Made by a program: the position numbers and the translations under genes. Shown here one piece after another: positions 8,518 through 17,551 of a DNA stretch of 41,454 bases. The stretch is from IMG/VR virus record IMGVR_UViG_3300017648_000200, positions 1 through 41,454 of that record. The stretch is one strand, 5' to 3'. Position 1 is the first letter of the stretch. Each line of letters starts with the position of its first letter. The DNA is from a virus (taxonomy: Duplodnaviria > Caudoviricetes). A model generated the notes under the pieces. The model was not told where the DNA came from and did not search any database. It was given only the letters and a program-made list of their open reading frames with translations.

Positions 8518-9246
8518 ATGGAGAAATCAGCACATCCCGCCGCACTTGCGACGCGTTTGAATAATCTTGAGCAGAAAATCGAAGAAGAAACCAGTGAAGA
8601 TCTGCTTTTAGCACTGAATTTTTTGTATAGTCACACGTTACTAGGCACAGAAAAGAATACCGGTGAAGGACTTAGTGACGAATGGTGGAAAAATCCCAAT
8701 CTTTTTGATGATAATTTTTCGTTTGCAACGGCTGTTTTCGGCCCAGGGTTAGAAAATTTTCAGATTTACGAAGCACAGAGAACGCTGAATTTTTACAATA
8801 GGGTTTTTGGGAGTGCTGTTATTTTTGATAATCTTGACGGAGTACTTCCTTTATCTCACGCTCTGTTTATGGGCGTGGGTAAAGCATTTACTAGCGAATG
8901 GAATGAAATTTCACTTGCATCAACGATTTTCGGAAGTGACGTTAATATTACGTACTTGCATGAGACCGGTAGTCTTTTTGAAAAATTAATTGGCAATGGT
9001 AGTGAATATTTACGAAATAAAGAAAGTCTTTTTGAAGCAATCTTTGGTAGTGTTTCTTCTAGCATAGATAGCATTTTAGAAGAAATTAGCGGTGATGAAA
9101 ATGCAACAAGTTTTTTAGATGCTGTGCGCCGATTTAGAAGGGATTTTGATTATTTTGTGCTTCTTTTTGATACATATAAAGAAAATATTGATCAGAGATT
9201 AAGCAGTCTATCTGCGAGAGTGTCTGCTCTGGAAGCACAATTATAA
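8518..9246 (+). CDS. Hypothetical protein with terminal coiled coils and internal SLxxx(I/V)FG repeats
   Basis: SD AAGGAG; LATRLNNLEQ and LSARVSALE heptads; AT-rich. Confidence 0.75.
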   Translation: MEKSAHPAALATRLNNLEQKIEEETSEDLLLALNFLYSHTLLGTEKNTGEGLSDEWWKNPNLFDDNFSFATAVFGPGLENFQIYEAQRTLNFYNRVFGSAVIFDNLDGVLPLSHALFMGVGKAFTSEWNEISLASTIFGSDVNITYLHETGSLFEKLIGNGSEYLRNKESLFEAIFGSVSSSIDSILEEISGDENATSFLDAVRRFRRDFDYFVLLFDTYKENIDQRLSSLSARVSALEAQL

Positions 9247-9274
9247 ATATTTTTAAATTATTTATAATTATCTC

Positions 9275-9303
9275 TTGCAACTTACATTTCATGCAAGCAA
9301 TAT
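9275..9303 (+). promoter_or_regulatory. Sigma70-like promoter
   Basis: TTGCAA-N17-CAATAT; shares TCTTGCAACTTACAT with the endolysin promoter. Confidence 0.55.
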
Positions 9304-9307
9304 ATAA

Positions 9308-9402
9308 AAACTAGATGTTTCCTTTCCGTCTAGTTTATTGGTAGTAGTAGTAGCACCAAAGTCCGCACAGTTTTTCAGGGTTTACTGTGCGGACATATTT
9401 TT
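9308..9402 (+). ncRNA. Candidate two-hairpin small RNA or leader with an anti-SD loop
   Basis: AAACTAGATG-TTTCCTTTC-CGTCTAGTTT hairpin; GTCCGCACAGT/ACTGTGCGGAC hairpin followed by ATATTTTT. Confidence 0.4.
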
Positions 9403-9420
9403 AAGTCGAGATTTTTGAGC

Positions 9421-10203
9421 ATGAGGCTAGATTTTCAATTCGACGAAAAAGCATTGCAAAAATCCCTGACCCATATCGAGAAATCCGTTTTCCCGAAGGC
9501 CGCTGCTGGCTTCCTGAATGGATTAGCTTTCGAAGCCCAGAAGACATTAAAATCTCACGTAAAAGAAGCCTTTGACGGCTCAGTTCCATTCACAGAGCGC
9601 GGCTTCGTTGTCGATAAAGCGAAGCCTCAGACGAACCTCAATACGATGTTCGCCGAGGTAAAAATCCTGCCAGCACAAGCTGCCTACCTGAAATTCCAAA
9701 TCGATGGCGGTGTCCGTAAAACGGGTGATGCAGGCTCAGGGCCATTCGACCTTCTCGTTTTCGGAGCCAAGAAAAACCGCGCAGGCAACATCAGGTGGGG
9801 ATATCCGAAGCAGCTATCTAAACAGCATCGTGAAGAAAGATCGAAGCGAGCATCCCTAAGATCCCAGAGAGAAGCCGCACGCGCGCAAGGTCAAGATACA
9901 AGCCCTTATGCATACTTCAGAGCTGCACGAAATCGTCCTGGTATTTTCTTCGGTGAAGTCGGTGGCGTAAAGGGCTATTGGCAACGCCCGAAGCGCTCAA
10001 AAGCCGCACGCAAACGGCTTCCAGGTGTGATTTCCGTGCGTTCAACTGAAAAACTGAGGCCGCTATTATCCGTGGCAGATCACGCTCGCTACAAGCCGCG
10101 ATATCAATATCAGGCGCAGATCACGAAAGCGCTGCGTGTGAAAGCTACCCAGCAGTCTTTTGCACACGAGCTGAATCGCCAGATGTCGAAATTGCGTAAA
10201 TAA
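9421..10203 (+). CDS. Basic phage protein, probably tail-completion/morphogenesis (gpZ/gp10-like)
   Basis: Very basic; FPKAAAGFLNGLAF...FDGSVPFT pattern; upstream of the cos region. Confidence 0.55.
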   Translation: MRLDFQFDEKALQKSLTHIEKSVFPKAAAGFLNGLAFEAQKTLKSHVKEAFDGSVPFTERGFVVDKAKPQTNLNTMFAEVKILPAQAAYLKFQIDGGVRKTGDAGSGPFDLLVFGAKKNRAGNIRWGYPKQLSKQHREERSKRASLRSQREAARAQGQDTSPYAYFRAARNRPGIFFGEVGGVKGYWQRPKRSKAARKRLPGVISVRSTEKLRPLLSVADHARYKPRYQYQAQITKALRVKATQQSFAHELNRQMSKLRK

Positions 10204-10307
10204 TCCAATTGTTTAATTAATTCTCAAAAAAATCGCAGATAGGTATTGCCGCCGTCAAAAATTTCGGTCAGCATTAAGTTGTAAGCAGCATACTGAAAGG
10301 AATTATT

Positions 10308-10574
10308 ATGTCTGTAAAACAAGAATATTATGACGATATCATCGCGACGTTCGGCCAGTTTTATAAAGAGAATGGCGGTAACTGGGGCACAATGTCGGAT
10401 CTTTTTGAAGAAGCCAAATTCGATTACGAAGCTCTCGCTAATTTAATGAAAAAAGGGCGCGACGAAGGCAATCCAAATCTTATCGCGCTCGCTAGCATCA
10501 TCACGAAGCTTTCAAAACAGCAGAAATCTCAGCTCGAAGACAAGGCTCTCGAATACGCAAAAGTCAAAGCGTAA
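10308..10574 (+). CDS. Hypothetical protein (stand-alone moron)
   Basis: SD AAAGGA; TTGCCG-N17-CAGCAT upstream; own terminator. Confidence 0.75.
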   Translation: MSVKQEYYDDIIATFGQFYKENGGNWGTMSDLFEEAKFDYEALANLMKKGRDEGNPNLIALASIITKLSKQQKSQLEDKALEYAKVKA

Positions 10575-10598
10575 GTCGAGCATCACATCGAAAACCAG

Positions 10599-10625
10599 AA
10601 GCCTCCTTTCGGGGGCTTTTTTTTT
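10599..10625 (+). terminator. Intrinsic terminator
   Basis: AAGCCTCC-TTTC-GGGGGCTT followed by a T run. Confidence 0.85.
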
Positions 10626-10639
10626 ATGGACATGAAGAT

Positions 10640-10894
10640 CTAAGCTAATCCGCCGACGAAACCGGACATCTCGTAGAGGCGAACCATCGCCAGCCGCATA
10701 TGCCCTTTGCAACCTCGGGCCTTGCATCTTGCCTTTTTTTCAATCTCATCGAGATACAGATGGTGTCTGTTTTCAGGGATTTCGCATTTCGGCACGACGC
10801 GTACGCGACCGCATTTCTTACACGTCATTTCCAGCTTCTGGTGGTCGCCCAAATCGGCTACTTTGATGCTCTCTTTCCAGCTCGGCATCACCAA
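10640..10894 (-). CDS. Small Cys-rich (Zn-binding) partner of the Y-family polymerase
   Basis: TCKKCG...RCKARGC; overlaps the polymerase stop. Confidence 0.7.
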   Translation of the reverse strand: MVMPSWKESIKVADLGDHQKLEMTCKKCGRVRVVPKCEIPENRHHLYLDEIEKKARCKARGCKGHMRLAMVRLYEMSGFVGGLA

Positions 10895-12153
10895 AAATCC
10901 TCAGCTGACGGAATGCGCGTGTATGAAATCTTACCTCCAGCATGTCCTCCTACGGGCGGTTTCCAGTCTCCAAGAGACACTACAGTACCCGAATACCGCA
11001 TGTTCAGATTGTCGACGGCCGCGTTGGCCCGTTCCCATTTTTGCCTGATCTTGTCGTCATTGTTCAGCATGTCGAGCTGGCGCTCAGTCGCGGCCGAGAG
11101 ATCGTACAGCGTGACACCAACCCTGAAGATAGTGAGACCTCGTGGATATGAGCGCAGCACTTCTCCCCAGAGTTCCGTCAATGCTGACAGGATAGCATGG
11201 TCGTCCTGTACAACAGGCAGGTGTCGTTTCCCGAGCCACGAGCCATCGCGTATCGATAGCCAGAGCCACAAACCGCCAGCATAGTAGCCTTCGCGCCGAA
11301 GCCGCCGAGCAGCCTTAACGAGCAACAATCGTGTGATGTCGCGGGCACCAGCAACGGTGCGCATATCGGGTGGAAGCACGCGACCATGGCCAAACATACC
11401 GCGCTGCTGTTCTGGTGCTTGGATGTCGTAGCCGTGGAGAGCGTACCAGAGCCGTTCGCCGTTCACCGAGTTCCAGAGCTTCCTCATGTGTTTGGGCTGG
11501 AGCCGATATAGCTGCTCCGTGCTGAAAACACCGACTTTATAGAGCCTTTTAGCCATGCTCGACCCGATGCCTGGAATGTCTTCTAGCTCTGTCTTGAATA
11601 GCGGCGCAGGCATCTCTGCAGGCCACCAGATAGCCAGGCCGTCCCCGTATCGGCCATGGCTCTTTTTGCCAGCTTTGCATGCCATTTTTGCTAGTTGGCG
11701 GTTTGCCGCGTATCCGACCGAGCAGGTAATAAATGGGCCAATATTTTCGGACAGAGCGCGCTTGATCCTTTGCGTCAACAACTCAGGATCGCGACGTCCA
11801 TATTCATCCAGTTTGCATGTCAGCTCATCGATACTCTTGGCGGCATCGATGGGAATGACGGTCTCGATCTCACAGAGCAAGGCATTGTGAGCACGGCGAT
11901 ACAAGTCAGGTTTCTGCGGTACCAAGACGATGTCAGGGCAGAGTTTTCGGGCTTCCTCAACATTCATGACGTTCTTGACGCCAAAGTTTTTAGCTTCTCG
12001 ACTACATGCGATCACGCAAGTCCTGTCGGTGCCTTCGAACGGAACGACACCGACAGGCCGTCCCCTCAGGCGACGGTCTGCTTGCTGTTCGACGCTTGCA
12101 AAGAAGCCATCGAAATCGAGGTATAAGCGTTCAATAGTCTCTGGACGGCGCAC
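10888..12153 (-). CDS. Y-family (DinB/UmuC-like) translesion DNA polymerase
   Basis: LYLDFDGFFASVE, SREAK, SIDE, LAKMA, HhH DIPGIG; catalytic acidic residues intact. Confidence 0.92.
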   Translation of the reverse strand: MRRPETIERLYLDFDGFFASVEQQADRRLRGRPVGVVPFEGTDRTCVIACSREAKNFGVKNVMNVEEARKLCPDIVLVPQKPDLYRRAHNALLCEIETVIPIDAAKSIDELTCKLDEYGRRDPELLTQRIKRALSENIGPFITCSVGYAANRQLAKMACKAGKKSHGRYGDGLAIWWPAEMPAPLFKTELEDIPGIGSSMAKRLYKVGVFSTEQLYRLQPKHMRKLWNSVNGERLWYALHGYDIQAPEQQRGMFGHGRVLPPDMRTVAGARDITRLLLVKAARRLRREGYYAGGLWLWLSIRDGSWLGKRHLPVVQDDHAILSALTELWGEVLRSYPRGLTIFRVGVTLYDLSAATERQLDMLNNDDKIRQKWERANAAVDNLNMRYSGTVVSLGDWKPPVGGHAGGKISYTRIPSAEDFW

Positions 12154-12224
12154 GATACCGATCTCCCAAACAGGAGTTAAAGGAATAAGTTTTCAGAAGG
12201 TCGCCGCCACCATACGGCCTACAT

Positions 12225-12239
12225 GTTCTCTATCTGTTC
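12225..12239 (-). promoter_or_regulatory. Alphaproteobacterial LexA (SOS) box
   Basis: GTTC-TCTATCT-GTTC about 70 bp upstream of the polymerase start. Confidence 0.82.
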
Positions 12240-12321
12240 TCTTTTGGTGCAGTCGTCAAGGAGGAATAATTTCCTCCCCGCTATTCACAGCCCCAAAATC
12301 ATCGGCAAAAAAAATCGCGAT

Positions 12322-12368
12322 GGGACCCTGAGCTTTCCGGATGTAATGCGGGTAATTGGCGACCGCAT
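12322..12368 (+). other. Lambda-like cos site (cosQ + cosN)
   Basis: GGGACCC (lambda cosQ is GGGTCCT), 17 bp, then ATGCGG-GTAATTGGCGA-CCGCAT containing GGCGACC; upstream of terS. Confidence 0.7.
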
Positions 12369-12437
12369 GCTATCTCTCTTTCGCAAAATTTTTTTTAGGG
12401 TTCATCATCACCACCCCTGACCTCGAAGGGTTTAGTC

Positions 12438-12471
12438 TAGAATCTTGCAGACCGCTGAAGTCCAATAAATC
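12438..12471 (+). promoter_or_regulatory. TAGAATCTTGCA promoter motif, copy 2
   Basis: Exact 12-mer 12438-12449 upstream of terS. Confidence 0.7.
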
Positions 12472-12499
12472 CAAGGAGTTTTCAAATCTTGGAGCGGCC

Positions 12500-13114
12500 A
12501 TGGCTGGAAATAAATCAACTGAGAGGGTGCTGAAATCCGGTGACGAAACTGCGGTAGAAACCAGCACAGCACCGACAACTCGTAACGGTTCGCGTCGCGA
12601 CGTCGCTAAGTCTCGTCAGGTTTCTCTGAAGGAGTTGGCGGCGATTCTCGACCGCGACAGGAACACCATTTCAAAATGGTTGGATGCCGGGTTGCCATTC
12701 GTAGAAAAGGCTGATGTCAGCATCGGCAAGCCATGGATTTTTGACTCGGCAGAAGTGGTGCGTTGGCTCGAAAACCGAGCAGCAGAAGCCACGGCGGAGA
12801 AGCTTGGCGCTTCAATGGATGGCAAAATGTCGGAGGCAGAAGCAAAGCGCCTACGTGCTGTCTCCAACGCCATTATCGACGGTATTGCCGCAGCCGAGGA
12901 TGTGAAAACCGTCGTTCGTATTTCGTATGTCCGTGAGCGCGTTTCGACCGACTATTCCGAAATTCGAAGTCATCTATCGGCGCTGCCAGATGCCATATCC
13001 AGTCGTGTTGCCAGCAAGGATGCTCCCAAAGTGAAAGAAATCACCGAGGAGCAGGTTCGCAATATGCTGAAGTCGCTTCGGGCTGACAAAGAGTTTCAGC
13101 AAGCGGATGGGTGA
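12500..13114 (+). CDS. terS: Terminase small subunit (Nu1-like)
   Basis: wHTH VSLKELAAILDRDRNTISKWLDAGLP...FDSAEVVRW; ATG 12500 after GGAG. Confidence 0.88.
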   Translation: MAGNKSTERVLKSGDETAVETSTAPTTRNGSRRDVAKSRQVSLKELAAILDRDRNTISKWLDAGLPFVEKADVSIGKPWIFDSAEVVRWLENRAAEATAEKLGASMDGKMSEAEAKRLRAVSNAIIDGIAAAEDVKTVVRISYVRERVSTDYSEIRSHLSALPDAISSRVASKDAPKVKEITEEQVRNMLKSLRADKEFQQADG

Positions 13115-15249
13115 TCCGCATGTTCGAAGTTCTTCAGAATGAAATAGGTTTTGATCATCTCGACTTATCAGAAAGCGAACGTCTTTTGGACGTGGCGCTT
13201 GATGACCTTCGCAATAATACCCTTCAAATCCCCCCTTATCTGAATCCGGTCGAGTGGATCGAAGAGAATATCAAGATCCCGCAAGGCGATACTTTTCGGC
13301 CTGGTAATCTAAAACTGCTGGGATTTCAGCGTCCTGTCGCGCTCGATATGATGGACGCGGACGTTGATCAGATAACTGTTCTGAAAGGTGTTCAGGTCGG
13401 CTGGTCGACCTTTATGAAGGGTATTCTCTTCTATGGTCTTAAATACCTCGGCGTAAAAATTGCACTCGCACAGCCGACAAAAGGCGATGCCGAGGGGTAT
13501 TTCAAGGATCAGATTAAGCCTCACTTTGACGACATCCTGAAGGAAATAATTCGCACTCCCAAGAAGGGAGATATCCACGACACGTGGGATGAATGGCGCT
13601 TCTTGAACCGCGCTGCGCTCTATTTCCGTGGTGCTGCCAGCGACGATGCCTTCCGACGAATTTCTGTCCAGTGGATGATGGGCGACGAGTTGGACGCCGA
13701 TGGATGGAAGTCAACAGAGAGGTCGCAGGGCGACAAAGTGGCCATGTTTATGGCCCGTGGATCTGCATTCTCCAATGCCAAAATGTTTCTTGGTTCGACC
13801 CCGGTTAATCGAGAGACATCTCTCATTTACCGTGAATGGCTGGAATCTGATCAACGACGCTTCTTCGTGTCCTGCCCTCACTGCGGCGAGCGTCAGGTTT
13901 TGAAATGGGGTTCTGACAAGACACCTTACGGATTCAGGTGGAAGACCAACGAGCACGACCATGTCATCGACTGCTGGTATGTCTGCGAAGGCGAAGGTTG
14001 CCGGATTGATGAATATCATAAGCAGGACATGGTTGAGGCGGGTGAATTCGTTCCGACCGCCATTCCAACGCGACCTGGACATCGTGGTTATCACTGGCCA
14101 CGCTGGTATTCTCCTGCCCCAAAAGCCTGCTGGGTAGATATCGCGCAACAGTGGTTAGGCATCAAAGGAGACACCGAAAAGCTCAAGGAATTCATTAACA
14201 ACTGCATGGCCGAGCCTTGGGATGATCTCGGCGGCGAAACCCTTGATCCAGAGAGCATTCGGTCTCTCCAGACCAAATATCGTGCAGAAGTGCCGGACGA
14301 CGTCGTCGCCCTCACTGCAGGCGTTGATACCCAGTCGAACAAGGAAGGGCTTAAGGATGGCGGTATTTCCGACCAGTTAGCATCGCGAGAGATCACTATC
14401 GTCGGTTGGTCTCGTAACAAGATTCCTCGCGTGATAGCTCACCATGTCGTCGAGGGTGAACCGGGAGATGCATCGGCTGATGCCGAACTCGATGCCATCC
14501 GAACGAAAATCTATCGAAAAGCTGACGGTACGGAGATGAAGATCCTTGCCACGGCTATCGATATGGGCGGTCACTATGGGGATCAGACGAAGGCCTATGC
14601 CAAGGCTCGGGCTACCAGCCGAGTATGGGCCGTAAAGGGTCGGAACAATGCACTTGGCACGCGATCTGCCCTGGTGTTCCCAAAGAAACCGTCCCGTTCG
14701 AGAAAGACAGGCACAAGCTGGTATATGATCGACACCCAGCTCGCGAAGGACTTCGTCGGCCGATGCCTGACCATTCGCGGCCCTGGTGCGTCGTCGTTTC
14801 CTCATACTTTACCTGAAACCTATTTTGACGATCTAACTGCCGAAAAGCTGATGGTCGACAAAAAAGGACGTCGCTACTGGAAGCGAAAAGGCAAGAACAC
14901 CGGTGAGGCGTGGGACTGTCTCGTCTACGCGTATGCCGCTCTCTGTGGATTGCAGGCATCCAGCTCGGTTTATCGCGACTTGAATCTTGCAGCCGAGAAG
15001 CTCGGAATTGGTGATGCGCTACCTCCGCATGACCCCGAAACGGGGGAACTGTTGGACGACGCGCCTGCTACAAGTTTATCCACAGCCTCTAATATAAAGA
15101 GAACAAAGGGTATTCAGAAGCAGAACGAACCGCTTCGGCATGGTGCCGAAAAAGTTCAGGCCGAGGTGCCAAAGGTGGCTCCGAAGCCTGTCGCTAAGCG
15201 GAAAAAACAAGGCGGAAGAGTTGTCAGCTCGACGGCGAGACGTTGGTAA
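13111..15249 (+). CDS. terL: Terminase large subunit (lambda gpA family)
   Basis: KGVQVGWS Walker A, MMGDELD Walker B, GSTP, CPHCG, AGVDTQ, IDMGG, EAWDCLVYA. Confidence 0.95.
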   Translation: MIRMFEVLQNEIGFDHLDLSESERLLDVALDDLRNNTLQIPPYLNPVEWIEENIKIPQGDTFRPGNLKLLGFQRPVALDMMDADVDQITVLKGVQVGWSTFMKGILFYGLKYLGVKIALAQPTKGDAEGYFKDQIKPHFDDILKEIIRTPKKGDIHDTWDEWRFLNRAALYFRGAASDDAFRRISVQWMMGDELDADGWKSTERSQGDKVAMFMARGSAFSNAKMFLGSTPVNRETSLIYREWLESDQRRFFVSCPHCGERQVLKWGSDKTPYGFRWKTNEHDHVIDCWYVCEGEGCRIDEYHKQDMVEAGEFVPTAIPTRPGHRGYHWPRWYSPAPKACWVDIAQQWLGIKGDTEKLKEFINNCMAEPWDDLGGETLDPESIRSLQTKYRAEVPDDVVALTAGVDTQSNKEGLKDGGISDQLASREITIVGWSRNKIPRVIAHHVVEGEPGDASADAELDAIRTKIYRKADGTEMKILATAIDMGGHYGDQTKAYAKARATSRVWAVKGRNNALGTRSALVFPKKPSRSRKTGTSWYMIDTQLAKDFVGRCLTIRGPGASSFPHTLPETYFDDLTAEKLMVDKKGRRYWKRKGKNTGEAWDCLVYAYAALCGLQASSSVYRDLNLAAEKLGIGDALPPHDPETGELLDDAPATSLSTASNIKRTKGIQKQNEPLRHGAEKVQAEVPKVAPKPVAKRKKQGGRVVSSTARRW

Positions 15250-15285
15250 TACGGGGTATATTTTGGAGATTTTGGAGATTTTGGA

Positions 15286-15528
15286 ATGAAGTTATTCAGG
15301 CGCTGGACAAAGCCACAACTAGAAGAAGCAATATTTGCACTTGAAGAAGGTATCTCATCCGGTGCTCAGAGCATCAGCTATCCAGCAGGCGGTTCGCTTT
15401 CTTATACGAATTTCGAAAACGCAACGAACATTTTAGATCAGCTTTATGCACGGATCGACGAACTCGAAGGCAAGCGCAAGAAAGCTTCCGTGAAGCTGCT
15501 CCCCTTTGTCGTGAAAAGGGGGTACTAA
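15286..15528 (+). CDS. Head-tail joining protein (gpW-like)
   Basis: 80 aa between terL and portal; LEEAI..GAQSISY..GSLSY pattern. Confidence 0.75.
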   Translation: MKLFRRWTKPQLEEAIFALEEGISSGAQSISYPAGGSLSYTNFENATNILDQLYARIDELEGKRKKASVKLLPFVVKRGY

Positions 15529-15529
15529 T

Positions 15530-17068
15530 ATGTCTATTCAGCAAGCACAAACACGCACTTCAGCACCAAAATCCAGACGCATCAGCACACATGCTCGGTC
15601 TGTACGGTCATCCATTTTTTCCAATATTTTCAAGTCCGCTAAACACTTTTTTGAAGCCGCTAGCAATTCGAAAACAATCGAACAATCTGTAGATGTCGGC
15701 CCGAACGGCTACAACAGCGAGATCGAAAAAGTCAGACGTCGCTCCCGTTGGATGTATGCCAACGACAGTTTTTATCGTCAGGCATGCCGTCAGGTAGCAA
15801 ACAACTGTGTGCACTACGGCATCAAGCCCATAATCAAAGATAAGGCTCTTTTAAAGATATGGAATCGTTGGCAAAAAGAAGCTGATGTCCGAGGTCGCCT
15901 CGACTTCTACGGACTCCAGTATGTTTACGGTTTTGTCATTCCACGGGATGGAGAAGGCATCTCACGCTTTATTGAATGCGATCAAAATGACATGAAGTCA
16001 GGCATAGGTTTCCAGATCCAGACGCTGGAAGCCGATCATTTGCCGCTCGATTACACACAACAGGCACCGAATGGAAACTGGATCGTTTCAGGTGTCGAGC
16101 GCGATGCAGTAGAGAGGCCTGTTGCATATTGGCTATACGATTTTCACCCAAAGGATTGGCAAGGGACTGGCCAGCAATCTCTCATTCCGAAAAGAGTACC
16201 TGCTGAAGATATCTTACACATATATATGCCTGAGCGCCTTTCGGATAGCCGAGGTTATCCGTGGGGCGCTTCTGCACTCAACATAACTGAGCGCATTCGC
16301 ACATCGGACGAAGCCCAGGTAGAGAAGCAGCTCACGCAGGCGGGTTTTGCTGGCGCTTTCAAAAAACCACGTTTATCGACAGATGAGCCAGCTGAAGAAT
16401 TCGATGCCGAAACTGACGAAAACGGCACCGATTTTGTGGCCGTTGAACGCGGAAGTTTTGCAGTCGTACCAGAAGATTGGGATGTCGAATTCGCACCTCA
16501 GACCCAGTCAGACGCGAATTACGGTGTTTTCCGTCGTGAACACTTGAGCGGGCTCGCTGTCGCGATGGGTCTCGCTGTCGAGCACATTACGATGAATTTC
16601 GAAAAGCTCAATGACAGGACATACCGCGCTGTCATGCTTGAAGCCCAACGCTTTATCGAAAGCATTCAATACCACCTGTTCGTCAACCAGTTTTGCAAGC
16701 CTGTCTGGCGGCGTTTTTTGTCGTATGCTGTTCTTCACGGACTCTGGTCGGTGCCAGAAAACGAGGAGCTTGATGACCTGTTTGAGATAGAATGGAGGAC
16801 ACCAGCACGTGGACACATTCATCCTTTGCAGGAAATCCTCGCCTTCAGCGAAGCCGTGAAGTCTGGTTTCACATCTCGTAAGAGCGTGGCGGCTAGCTTT
16901 GGTGAAGACATTGAAGATATCGATGCTGAAAATGAAGAAGATCAGAACAGAGCAAAGAGAATGAATCTGTTGTATCCGCTTTACGAAAAACTGATGTCTG
17001 ACGATGAGATTAGAAAGAATCTCATCGCAGCAGTATCAGAATCTGACGACTTGGCAGCCATCCACTGA
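15530..17068 (+). CDS. Portal protein (lambda family)
   Basis: RRRSRWMYAND, DVRGRLDFYGLQ, RDGE, LEADHL, GVE, RGYPW, HIHPLQE. Confidence 0.95.
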   Translation: MSIQQAQTRTSAPKSRRISTHARSVRSSIFSNIFKSAKHFFEAASNSKTIEQSVDVGPNGYNSEIEKVRRRSRWMYANDSFYRQACRQVANNCVHYGIKPIIKDKALLKIWNRWQKEADVRGRLDFYGLQYVYGFVIPRDGEGISRFIECDQNDMKSGIGFQIQTLEADHLPLDYTQQAPNGNWIVSGVERDAVERPVAYWLYDFHPKDWQGTGQQSLIPKRVPAEDILHIYMPERLSDSRGYPWGASALNITERIRTSDEAQVEKQLTQAGFAGAFKKPRLSTDEPAEEFDAETDENGTDFVAVERGSFAVVPEDWDVEFAPQTQSDANYGVFRREHLSGLAVAMGLAVEHITMNFEKLNDRTYRAVMLEAQRFIESIQYHLFVNQFCKPVWRRFLSYAVLHGLWSVPENEELDDLFEIEWRTPARGHIHPLQEILAFSEAVKSGFTSRKSVAASFGEDIEDIDAENEEDQNRAKRMNLLYPLYEKLMSDDEIRKNLIAAVSESDDLAAIH

Positions 17069-17101
17069 TCTGCCGAAAAACTAATACGGCTGCCGAAAAA
17101 C

Positions 17102-17551
17102 TCATAAATCGGCAGTCGGTTGTAGCGATTTTAGTGACAGCCCAGATGGATCACCCAGACGGTGCCAAGCTTCTTTATATTCATCGAGGCAGTACATTTT
17201 TGGCTGAAGCCAATAGGATATCTTTTCGGTTTTAGGGCTGACACCTCGATGCGCAGATGCCTTCACTTCGTCAAGCGTCATCACATAGCACGTCGGCAAA
17301 TCAGATGTCGCATTGATGGTGATGATCCACCAGTGCGAGCGCAAATTGTCGAGCGATGTGCCGAGTGGTACTGGATCGCGCTTGCTTAATGCTTTCGATT
17401 GGATTGGAAGTACTGTGCTTTCGTCCTCGGAAGCCGCATAAAGGTCTGCCCCCTTCGCATTTCTGACTGTCGGCATAACATGCCAGCCACGACGAGAAAG
17501 TTCACGGGCCACATGATAAAGGCCTGAATTGCCAGTGAGCTGATGTTTCAT
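17102..17551 (-). CDS. PD-(D/E)XK-fold endonuclease-like protein
   Basis: GNSGLYHVARELSRRGW...GADLYA...IQSKA. Confidence 0.6.
   Translation of the reverse strand: MKHQLTGNSGLYHVARELSRRGWHVMPTVRNAKGADLYAASEDESTVLPIQSKALSKRDPVPLGTSLDNLRSHWWIITINATSDLPTCYVMTLDEVKASAHRGVSPKTEKISYWLQPKMYCLDEYKEAWHRLGDPSGLSLKSLQPTADL

Noticed and set aside
14980-14991. Sixth late promoter (TTGAATCTTGCA)
   Set aside because: One mismatch, inside terL, and about 300 bp from the next start; unresolved, so not called
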